A DNA stretch of 64,000 nt from Haliotis rufescens (Eukaryota), in contig NW_025964392.1 in NCBI RefSeq assembly GCF_023055435.1, forward strand, positions 434,001 to 498,000, given 5' to 3'. Positions 1 to 12,000 of this stretch are shown piece after piece. Within the stretch, counting starts at the first letter, position 1. Every line of letters starts with the position of its first letter. Below the pieces are notes generated by a model that was not told where the DNA came from, searched no databases, and saw only the letters and a program-made list of their open reading frames with translations. The position numbers were made by a program, and so were the translations under genes.

Positions 1-322
1 CTACAATATACAGGAATCAGAACTGTTATGCTATAGGATAAACAGATATACATTGTCAGGAAGGAAAGAGATGTTTGTTATTGAACTGAATAATTGGGAT
101 GGACACAAGCATGGACAGGACGTGAGAACTTATTGCTCAAAAATTGAAATATGGCAGACAGTGAAGCCATGGTTACTACTTGTATGCTAGTCTTTAACCT
201 TTTTTTTCCCAAACACTGTTCAGTGCTTACAAACACTGCTATTGACCAATGACACTTATATGTCAGCAACTTTCTGCTGGTGTGACACAGAATCTTCTGC
301 TGGTGTGACACAGACATGACGA

Positions 323-610
323 GGGGGCACAGGTGGCCCAGTCGTCTAAGGCGCCGCGAGTTTCGCTGTGCAGAGTTGCGTCCCATGGGCACGCCAGAAA
401 CCTATGATTGTGGGTTCGAATCCCGGTTCGCCCTGATTATGTTTCTAGGTTTGTCAGAACCATACCCGTGCTCGTGGGTTTCACCGAAGAGGTAAACGTC
501 TGAGACCTGCATCACTTCGGGCTTTCCTCCCACATTAAGCTGACACGCCCTGATATGACTGGAATACTGTTAAAAGCGGCGTTAAACCCAACTCACTCAC
601 TTACTCACTC
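323..610 (+). mobile_element. tRNA-derived SINE family 1 with Nimb-type 3' tail (CACT)n
   Basis: A-box-like TGGCCCAGTCGTCTAAGG, B box GGTTCGAATCC, tail GCGGCGTTAAACCCAACTCACTCAC; imperfect TSD agacatga(c/t)gag; two more copies in the window. Confidence 0.88.
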
Positions 611-1025
611 TAAGACATGATGAGGAACTATGAACAATGGAGTACGGAATAGTTTGATTTGACCAAACCTTCAGCTTCTACTTTTGACATATATTTGCAA
701 AAAACTTAAGGTTTTATCAGCTCAGTTTGTAAACATCTCCAATTGGATTTATTTCACTCAGATCTCAGAGAGTTTAATCTGAATTGTGAAATGGTCTTAA
801 ACATCCTGAAACAAAAGGAGTTGTCTGGTAGACAGTTTGATGTAGCAGGGGTTACGCTTAACCACTGCCTCAGCCAAGATGAGTTAATTGAGTTGAATTC
901 ATTGCTAGTATTGGACCATGATTCAGTTGTCTGTGTTTTAACTACACAGATGCGGATCCAGTGTTATTAAAAGGGAGGGGTCCCAAACATTCTCTCAGAT
1001 AGTTTACTCCCTCCAACTTACTCCC

Positions 1026-1928
1026 TGGATCTGCCTGTGGTACATACATGGATCTGCCTGTGGTACATACATGGATCTGCCTGTGGTACATACATGGATC
1101 TGCCTGTTGTACATACATGGATCTGCCTGTGGTACATACATGGATCTGCCTGTTGTACATACATGGATCTGCCTGTGGTACATACATGGATCTGCTTGTG
1201 GTACATACATGGGTCTGCTTGTGGTACATACATGGATCTGCCTGTGGTACATACATGGATCTGCCTGTGGTACATACATGGATCTGCCTGTTGTACATAC
1301 ATGGATCTGCCTGTGGTACATACATGGATCTGCCTGTGGTACACACATGGATCTGTCTGTGGTACATACATGGATCTGCCTGTGGTACACACATGGATCT
1401 GCCTGTGGTACACCATGGATCTGCCTGTGGTACATACATGGATCTGCCTGTGGTACATACATGGATCTGCTTGTGGTACATACATGGATCTGCCTGTGGT
1501 ACACACATGGATCTGTCTGTGGTACATACATGGATCTGCCTGTGGTACACACATGGATCTGCCTGTGGTACACCATGGATCTGCCTGGGGTACATACATG
1601 GATCTGCCTGTGGTACATACATGGATCTGCTTGTGGTACATACATGGATCTGCCTGTGGTAGACACATGGATCTGCCTGTTGTACATACATGGATCTGCC
1701 TGTGGTACATACATGGATCTGCCTGTGGTACACAAATGGATCTGCCTGTGGTACAGACATGGATCTGCCTGTGGTACATACATGGATCTGCCTGTGGTAC
1801 ATACATGGATCTGCCTGTGGTACATACATGGATCTGCCTGTGGTACATACATGGGTCTGCTTGTGGTACATACATGGATCTGCCTGTGGTACATACATGG
1901 ATCTGCCTGTGGTACATACATGGATCCG
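1026..1928. repeat. 23-bp minisatellite (GGATCTGCCTGTGGTACATACAT), ~39 copies
   Basis: Direct tandem periodicity; explains the overlapping ORFs at 942-2005. Confidence 0.97.
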
Positions 1929-2103
1929 CCTATGCTACATAAATTGATCATAGACAGAATCAAGTCAAACAATCTCATGTTGCAGTAAGACGAGACAGAA
2001 CCCAATCAAATTTCTGGATTGATAGTGAAACAATCTCATAGGTAGAGAGTGAATTCAAATTTGTGGCAAATTAAGATTTATTAATAATGTTATGTCTTTT
2101 AAC

Positions 2104-2597
2104 TAGGGGTGTCACGATAAATCGAAATATTGATATATTGCTATTTGTAAGCACTTAGAGTCAATAAATCGATTGTTAAATCAGCTTCCGATCAATAGTA
2201 GCGATTTCAGTTAGGAATAGTGATAGTTTCGATTGTATTTACCATATCAATAAAATGCATGCAATGCTGTACGAATTTGTTTTTCTTTTGATCATGAGTG
2301 GTAGTAATTTACACATGGTAATGTAGAAGTTTCTTTTTCTTAAATTATTAGGATAAAGATATACTACTAAAAACAAATCAGTCATATCTCAAACTTCAGT
2401 TTTTATTTGTTGTTATGGTTATCACATTCAAAGGAAACTTCAGTTTCAAGGTTTAATTCAACTCTAAAATCCATCTAAATTTATATACTGAAAACTATCG
2501 ATATTTATCGCAATAGTTGCTTGCAATATCAATAGTTCTCGCCATAGTTTCGTTCAATATCAATAGTTATTGCAATAGTGATCAATAGTCACCCCTA
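2104..2597. mobile_element. hAT-type MITE (~494 bp)
   Basis: TIRs TAGGGGTG...CACCCCTA; perfect 8-bp TSD CTTTTAAC (2096-2103 / 2598-2605); subterminal CAATAG/ATCGAT motifs. Confidence 0.88.
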
Positions 2598-3005
2598 CTT
2601 TTAACCTTTGTCTCTCCCCTCCCCCTACGGTTTGATCATCCGTACTTCAAACAATTTTATAAAATTATTTGAAAAATGGTGTGATGCTATTGAAGTTTAG
2701 TTATAGATAGGGGAATTAATAAACATAGCATTTGGTAACTGGTTTGGGGAGAGGGTCTGCTCACTACTAACAACACTAACATGTGTTTTGTGTAAACTGT
2801 GATACCTGTTCTTATTTCACATGTATACGGTATATTACTTGTTTTATGCCAAATGACATATTGATAAAATGTTGTATCATTTTCATTGTGTGTCAACTCA
2901 AACTCATAATTGTGAAATTAATTCTTGAACATTGTCTTTGTGATTCATGCATATAGATTGTGTGATGAGTTTTGGTGACTAATATCTTCTGTTTTCTTCT
3001 AACAG

Positions 3006-3088
3006 TGACAGCAGCAGCTCTCAAGCTCTCACTGCCCAAAGTCAGACGTTTCTCCGCCCCGACACACCAAACAATGCAAGTGGGGCAG
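3006..3088 (+). CDS. RYK: RYK exon, juxtamembrane (DSSSSQALTAQSQTFLRPDTPNNASGA)
   Basis: ttttcttctaacAG acceptor and GTAAGG donor; LRxDTPNNA motif as in RYK. Confidence 0.88.
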
Positions 3089-6000
3089 GTAAGGTCACAT
3101 GACACATCACATGATGTCAACTGACATGGGGTCACGACACTCCCCAACATTGTCGTTTGTCTGGTGTTTGAGTTACCTGCCTTGCCTCAACTCCTCACAG
3201 GGGTGACAAACGAGGAAAAAGGTGTCTCGGAGTTCTGAATCAGGATATGTCACACCAGGAATTTATTTGCACTGTGCTGGATTCAGTTGGTTTGCCGCAG
3301 AACAAACAATTGACGTTTTGATAGTTTAATAGTGGCGGTGTAGGAGAGGTGTCACAGCACAAATGTCGTTTTGAGAATGCCTTTACAAATATCATTTTCC
3401 AACAAAACTAGGGCACAAATGGATTTCGTTTACAAGAACTTATGGAGAAATGATTTTGCCATATGTTTGGTCATGCCCTGAGAGAGGTGGCTCTTCTGTT
3501 TCTGAGACGGTATGGAGTTTCTGTGGGTAGCCAGCTTCATTTAGAGATATTGTTTTTAGCGTCCCAGGGCCGATGGAGTAGCCATTGACCCTGGTTCAAT
3601 TCCCCACATGGGTACGATGTGTGAAGCCCATTGCTGGTGTCCCCGCTGTGATATTGCTGGAATATTGCTAAAAGTGGTGCAAAATCATACTCACTCACTC
3701 ACTCACTCACTCACTTCAGTGTGCCAAGTCAAGTAACTGCTTCAATTTAAGTCCACACAAGTTCTGACCAGAGAAAAGCATTAAGCTGGGAAAGACAGTC
3801 AGGAACCTTGCAGAAACCCTTAAGATTTCATACATGGCAGTTAGATTTTTAAGTCTTTTTTGGTTTTGGTGTTGATTTAATATGATAAGATGGATAGTAA
3901 TGCTGGTGTTTATTCTAATTTGTTTAAACTAATTTGTTTATTCTAATTAATTTTTCTAATTTGTTTATTCTAATTTATTTTGTCAGCCTCTTCACAGAAT
4001 ACTTGCAATATCTGTTGTGACAAACACTGGACTGTCGATGAGTGAGGCTGTCCCACATTCCCTCTATATCCTTCCGGGTACCCAGTACACAGGTTGATAG
4101 GCAGGAACAGTGTAGATGAGAACATACACTTGGGGAGGAACTGTGTTTGTCCCCCTTGAGACTTGATCTGTGGGGTATCACAACTGGCTTCTTTATCCTT
4201 CCGGGTACCCAGTACACAGGTTGATAGGCAGGAACAGTGTAGATGGGAACATACACTTGGGGAGGAACTGTGTCCCCCTTGAGACTTGATCTGTAGGGTA
4301 TCACAACTGGCTTCTTTATCCTTCCGGGTACCCAGTACACAGGTTGATAGGCAGGAACAGTGTAGATGAGAACATACACTTGGGGAGGAACTGTGTTTGT
4401 CCCCCTTGAGACTTGATCTGTGGGGTATCACAACTGGCTTCTTTATCCTTCCGGGTACCCAGTACACAGGTTGATAGGCAGGAACAGTGTAGATGAGGAC
4501 ATACACTTGGGGAGGAACTGTGTCCCCCTTGAGACTTGATCTGTGGGGTATCACAACTGCCCTCTATATCCTTCCGGGTACCCAGTACACAGGTTGATAG
4601 GCAGGAACAGTGTAGATGGGAACATACACTTGGGGAGGAACTGTGTCCCCCTTGAGACTTGATCTGCGGGGTATCACAACTGGCTTCTTTATCCTTCCGG
4701 GTACCCAGTACACAGGTTGATAGGCAGGAACAGTGTAGATGGGAACATACACTTGGGGAGGAACTGTGTCCCCCTTGAGACTTGATCTGTGGGGTATCAC
4801 AACTGCCCTCTATATCCTTCCGGGTACCCAGTACACAGGTTGATAGGCAGGAACAGTGTAGATGGAAACATACACTTGGGGAGGAACTGTGTCCCCCTTG
4901 AGACTTGATCTGCGGGGTATCACAACTGGCTTCTTTATCCTTCCGGGTACCCAGTACACAGGTTGATAGGCAGGAACAGTGTAGATGGGAACATAAACTT
5001 GGGGAGGAACTGTGTTTGTCCCCCTTGAGACTTGATCTGTGGGGTATCACAACTGGCTTCTTTATCCTTCCGGGTACCCAGTACACAGGTTGATAGGCAG
5101 GAACAGTGTAGATGGGAACATACACTTGGGGAGGAACTGTGTCCCCCTTGAGACTTGATCTGTAGGGTATCACAACTGACCTCTATATCCTTCCGGGTAC
5201 CCAGTACACAGGTTGATAGGCAGGAACAGTGTAGATGAGAACATACACTTGGGGAGGAACTGTGTCCCCCTTGAGACTTGATCTGTGGGGTATCACAACT
5301 GACCTCTATATCCTTCCGGGTACCCATTTATTGCTCTTCAGTGGAATGGTCCCTCAGCTCTTTTGATTTCCTCAAACTTTCTGCAAATGGTATAATATTC
5401 AGACAGAATGTTACAGAAATTTTGTTTTAATAACAAATACAAAAGTCACACCTCCTTGGCAGAATCTGTGAGCTCTGAAATAAAATCTCTCTGTTTTTAA
5501 TTGTATTTCAAAACTCCGATGTTTTTCTGTGACATGCGTCTCACATGCAACAATGGTACTCGATAATTCCTGACTTAATTAATCATCAAAGATTCATTTT
5601 TGTCCCACTGCAGACCAAATCTATCACAGCCAAACAGCTTCATGGAACCATAAAAATAATAAGAAGCGTCCCCATGTAACGTACTTGGATGCCAGGGATT
5701 ATTGGGTTACAGCTGTTTGAAAGCCCTATATGTTGAGGTCTTCCAAGTATCATGGGAGATTTACAATTTAATTATTCTGAAAATGTTGTGCAGCGGCCAA
5801 GAAGGAATACATGTTCAGAGATATAAATAAATAATGACGTGGGATTATTTTCAGATTCCAGTTCTAGTCCTATAGACCTTTCATCATGCTTGAGTTCCAC
5901 AGGGCATGGCTCGCACCTACCTTCCCACCCAACACCTCAGCGTCTGTGGGAGAAAATCAACTTTTTAACATTTGAATATAGGTTTCAGTTTTTTTCCAAT

Positions 6001-9000
6001 GATGATATTGTCAGTGAATTTTAGATTAGGAAATGTCGACATTCGTCATGAAAGGGTTATTTCCATCCAGAAACGATAGAAGGCATGTTGAATTTTACAT
6101 GGGGAAATTACAGCGTAATCTATCATTAAATCAATTTTGCTGTTACTTGCAGAAGGGATTGGCTGAAAGTTTGTCGACTGATAGATGAGACTTCTGTGAA
6201 AGTGGAATTATACTTATTGCGCTCACTGGACTTTCATTTGTTGAGAAATGTGGAAATTTGAAATGGAAATGCGTACTCAAGGGAAATATGTTCCTTAATA
6301 TTTTAATGTATTGTCAGGGTCCCTGAAGACCAAAAGTCTTTTCTCTAAATTTTGCATTTTCTCGTCAATCATTTACAAATTTTCTTTCCATGTTCTTGAC
6401 AATTTCTCATATTTTAGTCCCTCTCTGAAGGAACAGCTTTACATGTCAGGAACAATATGACAACTTTACATGTCAGGAACAATGTGACAACTTCACATGT
6501 CAGGAACAATATGACAACTTTACATGTCTGTAACATGACAACTTTACATGTCAGGAACAACATGACACTTTACATGTCAGGAACAATATGACAACTTTAC
6601 TTGTCTGGAACAAGATGACAACTTTACATGTCAGGAACAATATGACAACTTTACTTGTCTGGAACAATATGACAACTTTACATGCCTGGAACAATGTGAC
6701 AACTTTACATGTCAGGAACAATGTGACAGCTTTACATGTCAGGAACAATATGACAACTTTACTTGTCTGGAACAATATGACAACTTTACATGCCTGGAAC
6801 AATGTGACAACTTGACATGTCAGGAACAATGTGACAGCTTTACATGTCAGGAACAATATGACAACTTTACATGTCAGGAACAATATGACAACTTTACATG
6901 TCAGGAACAATATGACAACTTTACATGTCAGGAACAATGTGACAACTCTACATGTCAGGAACAATATGACAACTTTACTTGTCTGGAACAATGTGACAAC
7001 TCTACATGTCAGGAACAATGTGACAACTTTACATGTCAGGAACAATATGACAACTTTACATGTCAGGAACAATATGACAACTTTACATGTCTGGAACAAT
7101 GTGACAACTTTACATGTCTGGAACAATGTGACAACTTTACATGTCAGGAACAATGTGACAACTTTACATGTCAGGAACAATGTGACAACTTTACTTGTCT
7201 GGAACAATATGACAACTTTACTTGTCAGGAACAATGTGACAACTTTACATGTCAGGAACAATGTGACAACTTTACTTGTCTGGAACAATATGACAACTTT
7301 ACTTGTCAGGAACAATGTGACAACTTTACATGTCAGGAACAATATGACAACTTTACATGTCTGGAACATGACAACTTTACTTGTCAGGAACAATATGACA
7401 ACTCTACATGTCAGGAACAATGTGACAACTTTACATGTCAGGAACAATGTGACAACTTTACATGTCTGGAACAATATGACAACTTTACATGTCAGGAACA
7501 ATGTGACAACTTTACATGTCAGGAACAATATGACAACTCTACATGTCAGGAACAATATGACAACTCTACATGTCAGGAACAATGTGACAACTTTACATGT
7601 CAGGAACAATGTGACAACTTTACATGTCAGGAACAATCTGACAACATTTTGTGCCCACAATCATAACATGCTTTCTGTTTCTTTGTGAGTTATGTATTCT
7701 GATTAGTGTGTTAGAACGTTTCAATTGAAGTTAAAGAAATGTATCCGTGTTTTCATACATAGAAAAGACAAAGACATACAAAAGACAAAGTCATATTTTG
7801 ACTTTTTGACGTGTTTTGAAAAGAGATGTGTTTTGTTGGTTGTCTTGAGGAGTTCACAGACACATCAGAAGAGGTTTTCGCAGGGATCTGTATACTGCCT
7901 CAACATACCCTCCTTCTTCACAGACTGTTTGTTTGTTGCAGGTCTGCCCAACTTCAGACGAGGTATATCTCCTGTGACGGAGTTGAAGCCCACAGACATC
8001 AAGTCCATGCTCAGTGAGATTGCTGTCGAGAGGAAGAGGATAGCGTTAGGAGATCTTCTCATGGAAGGTCAGTCAGAAGCGACTATTAAGACAGAAGCTG
8101 TGATGATTTGAATAGGGTGAATCTATTGTCCATGCTACTGTATTATAGCATTAGGGGCAGTGGGGTAGTGTAGTGGTTAAAGCTCGTCATGCTGAAGGCC
8201 AGGGTTTGAATACCAACATGGGCACAACCATATTCACTCACTCACTCACTTGCATTAGATAACCTGGAAGGTCCCCGTGGACTTGAAGGCTGGAAGGTCC
8301 CTGTGGACTTGAAGGCTGGAAGGTCCCTGTGGACTTGAAGGCTGGAAGGTCCTGGTGGGCTTGAAGGCTGGAAGGTCTCCTTGGACTTGAAGGCTGGAAG
8401 GTCCCTGTGGACTTGAAGGCTGGAAGGTCCTGGTGGGCTTGAAGGCTGGAAGGTCTCCTTCGACTTGAAGGCTGGAAGGTCTCCGTGGACTTGAAGGCTG
8501 GAAGGTCTCCATGGACTTGAAGGCTGGAATGTCCCCATGGACTTGAAGGCTGGAAGGTCCCCGTGGACTTGAAGGCTGGAAGGTCCTGGTGGGCTTGAAG
8601 GCTGGAAGGTCTCCGTGGACTTGAAGGCTGGAAGGTCTCCGTGGACTTGAAGGCTGGAAGGTCTCCATGGACTTGAAGGCTGGAAGGTCCCCGTGGACTT
8701 GAAGGCTGGAAGGTCTCCGTGGACTTGAAGGCTGGAAGGTCTCCGTGGACTTGAAGGCTGGAAGGTCCCCGTGGACTTGAAGGCTTGAAGGTCCCCGTGG
8801 ACTTGAAGGCTTGAAGGTCCCCGTGGACTTGAAGGCTGGAAGGTCCTGGTGGACTTGAAGGCTGGAAGGTCCCCGTGGACTTGAAGGCTTGAAGGTCCCC
8901 GTGGACTTGAAGGCTGGAAGGTCCCCGTGGACTTGAAGGCTTGAAGGTCCCCGTGGACTTGAAGACTGGAAGGTCCCCGTGGACTTGAAGGCTGGAAGGT

Positions 9001-12000
9001 CCCCGTGGACTTGAAGGCTGGAAGGTCCTGGTGGGCTTGAAGGCTGGAAGGTCTCCGTGGACTTGAAGGCTGAAAGGTCTCCGTGGACTTGAAGGCTTGA
9101 AGGTCCCCGTGGACTTGAAGGCTGGATAGTCTCCCAGCAACCCATTGTTGGTCGTAAGATGCGACTCAGTTTGGACAGGCTCTGTGACTTGTGGATTTCT
9201 TGTCATTGCACCCGATTGGTGTGGATCTTTTCTCCTGTTTTCAGTCACTGTTTTTCCTGGTCCAGACTCGATTATATGTAGGCTGCACATTCGTTCCCAC
9301 GATCACTCTCTAGGCCATGCTGTTGAGAGGGGGTACCAGGGTACGATGTGACATCAGTCCAGGTGTATGCCTTGTGATGCAGGGTTCACCTTCAAGCATA
9401 TATTGCTTGACTGTTTGGAATTTGCAATTGCAAGGGATTCACATTATCAAAGAGTAAATCTGAAAGATCTCTTTTCCCTTGTCAGTGGCCATCTCATCAT
9501 AAATTACTTGAAAGAAATTGGTCTGTATAATAAATTTTGTGAATCATTAAATGCTTGTTTTTCATAATCGATGTAACTATCATCAACCAGTGTTTTTAAG
9601 CCAACTCATTGCTGAGTTTTTTTTAATATTGGCTAGCTTAGTGCACAACCACCAGTGGCTAAAGTGATGATGTAAATCCTGATGGGGTATCATGCAGGAA
9701 GCCGAGGTACTGTAAGTCCCAATGATCCCCAGCGAGGTGGCCTAGCTTTGGTTACTGGTGGCCTAAAGCCCCGTGTTTTATAACCGTATACATCATATTG
9801 TTATGCTCAAATATGGTTCTTGAATTGTTTTTAAATATAACTTTACATAAATGACTCAATTGTAAACATATTAACTTGGTCTCATCGCTATATGGCTGAA
9901 ATAATGCCGATGCGATGTTAATTTTTCACTCACTCACTTAACTCACTCAGTCCTCCATGGGGTCGATAGATGTGACCTCAGTCTCCCACAGGGTGGATAG
10001 ATGTGACTTCTGTCCTCCACAGGGTGGATAGATGTGACCTCAGTCTCCCACAGGGTGGATAGATGTGACCTCTGTCCTCCAGGGGGTAAATAGATGTGAC
10101 CACAGTCCTACAGGAAGTGGTTAGATGTGACTTTTGTCCTCCATGGCTGGATAGATGTGACCTCTGTCCTCCATGGCTGGATAGATGTGACCTCTGTCCT
10201 CCATGGGGTGGATAGATTTGACTTAGTCCTCCATGGTGTGGATAGATGTGACCTTTGTCCCTCCTTGCTGGATAGATGTGTCCTCCATCCTCCAGGGGGT
10301 GGATAGATGTGACTTTGAAGTTATTATTGTGAAAGAGAATTTGTCAAAGCTTGTATATGATATATCTGCATATGATTTATGATATATGGCCATGAGCTCT
10401 ATCAGCAATACACCAGCAATATGACATCCGTTGATTTCCGACCCGCAGTTTTCAAACTGTTGTGTATCGTTGACATTGAAAGTTTGATTCGTGTGGCAGC
10501 CCTGAAGTTGTCCCCACAGTTCATGTGTTCCTCCATGTAATGGTGCATGATCCTGCCTGGAATTAGTCTTTCTAGGCCTTCTTCTTGCGGCCCTAATCTT
10601 ACCTCTGCCCTGTGTCACTATAGTTCAATGAGATGGGAAACCATACTTTTAGCTTTACTAAAATGTCTGGCAGCTTCAATCATGCCTGCTGTACGAAATT
10701 TTCCATTTTCTGTCTGTACACTTTTGGAGGCATTTTCCGTCATTGTACCTGATCAATGAACCACAAGGTTGTGACGTTTGTTGGCAGATGCCAGTAACCT
10801 GGATGTGAAACAATCAACGGATGGTTTACGTGTACAATGTGCAAAGTTTGAGAGTGTTTGCTATCTGCATTCAGTAACTGTATCTTGTGCAACAAAGCTG
10901 GTTATTTCATTCTTATGGGTTCCCTTAAATAATGTTCCTCATATATTTTCAAAGGATATGTGTTATGTTCACATATGATGTATGATATATGATGTATTTA
11001 CATGTGATGTATGATATAAGATGTATTTACATGTGACGTGTGATGTATGGTGTATTTACATGTGACGTGTGATGTATGATATATTTACATGTGCTGTGTG
11101 ATATATGATATATTTACATGTGATGTGTGATATATGATGTATTTACATGTGATGTGTGATATATGATATATTTACATGTGATGTGTGATATATGATGTAT
11201 TTACATGTGATGTGTGATATATGATATATTTACATGTGATGTGTGATATATGATGTATTTACATGTGTTGTGTGATATATGATATATTTACATGTGATGT
11301 GTGATATATGATGTATTTACATGTGATGTGTGATATATGATATATTTACATGTGATGTGTGATATATGATGTATTTACATGTGCTGTGTGATATATGATA
11401 TATTTACATGTGATGTGTGATATATGATGTATTTACATGTGATGTGTGATATATGATATATTTACATGTGATGTGTGATATATGATGTATTTACATGTGC
11501 TGTGTGATATATGATATATTTACATGTGATGTGTGATATATGATGTATTTACATGTGATGTGTGATATATGATATATTTACATGTGATGTGTGATATATG
11601 ATGTATTTACATGTGCTGTGTGATATATGATATATTTACATGTGATGTGTGATATATGATGTATTTACATGTGCTGTGTGATATATGATGTATTTACATG
11701 TGATGTGTGATATATGATATATTTACATGTGATGTGTGATATATGATGTATTTACATGTGATGTGTGATATATGATATATTTACATGTGATGTGTGATAT
11801 ATGATGTATTTACATGTGCTGTGTGATATATGATATATTTACATGTGATGTGTGATATATGATGTATTTACATGTGATGTGTGATATATGATATATTTAC
11901 ATGTGATGTGTGATATATGATGTATTTACATGTGATGTGTGATATATGATATATTTACATGTCATGTGTGATATATGATGTATTTACATGTGCTGTGTGA

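Noticed and set aside
942-2005. Six overlapping 200-330 aa ORFs
   Set aside because: Translations of a stop-free 23-bp minisatellite; open on both strands.
3970-5327. CRISPR-like or coding periodic array
   Set aside because: Whole units repeat with no unique spacers, there are no cas genes, and the context is a eukaryotic intron.
6551-7688. Cys-rich repeat ORF (EQCDNFTCQ)n resembling an antifreeze or metallothionein-like protein
   Set aside because: 27-bp intronic minisatellite; no splice signals, signal peptide or unique flanking coding sequence.
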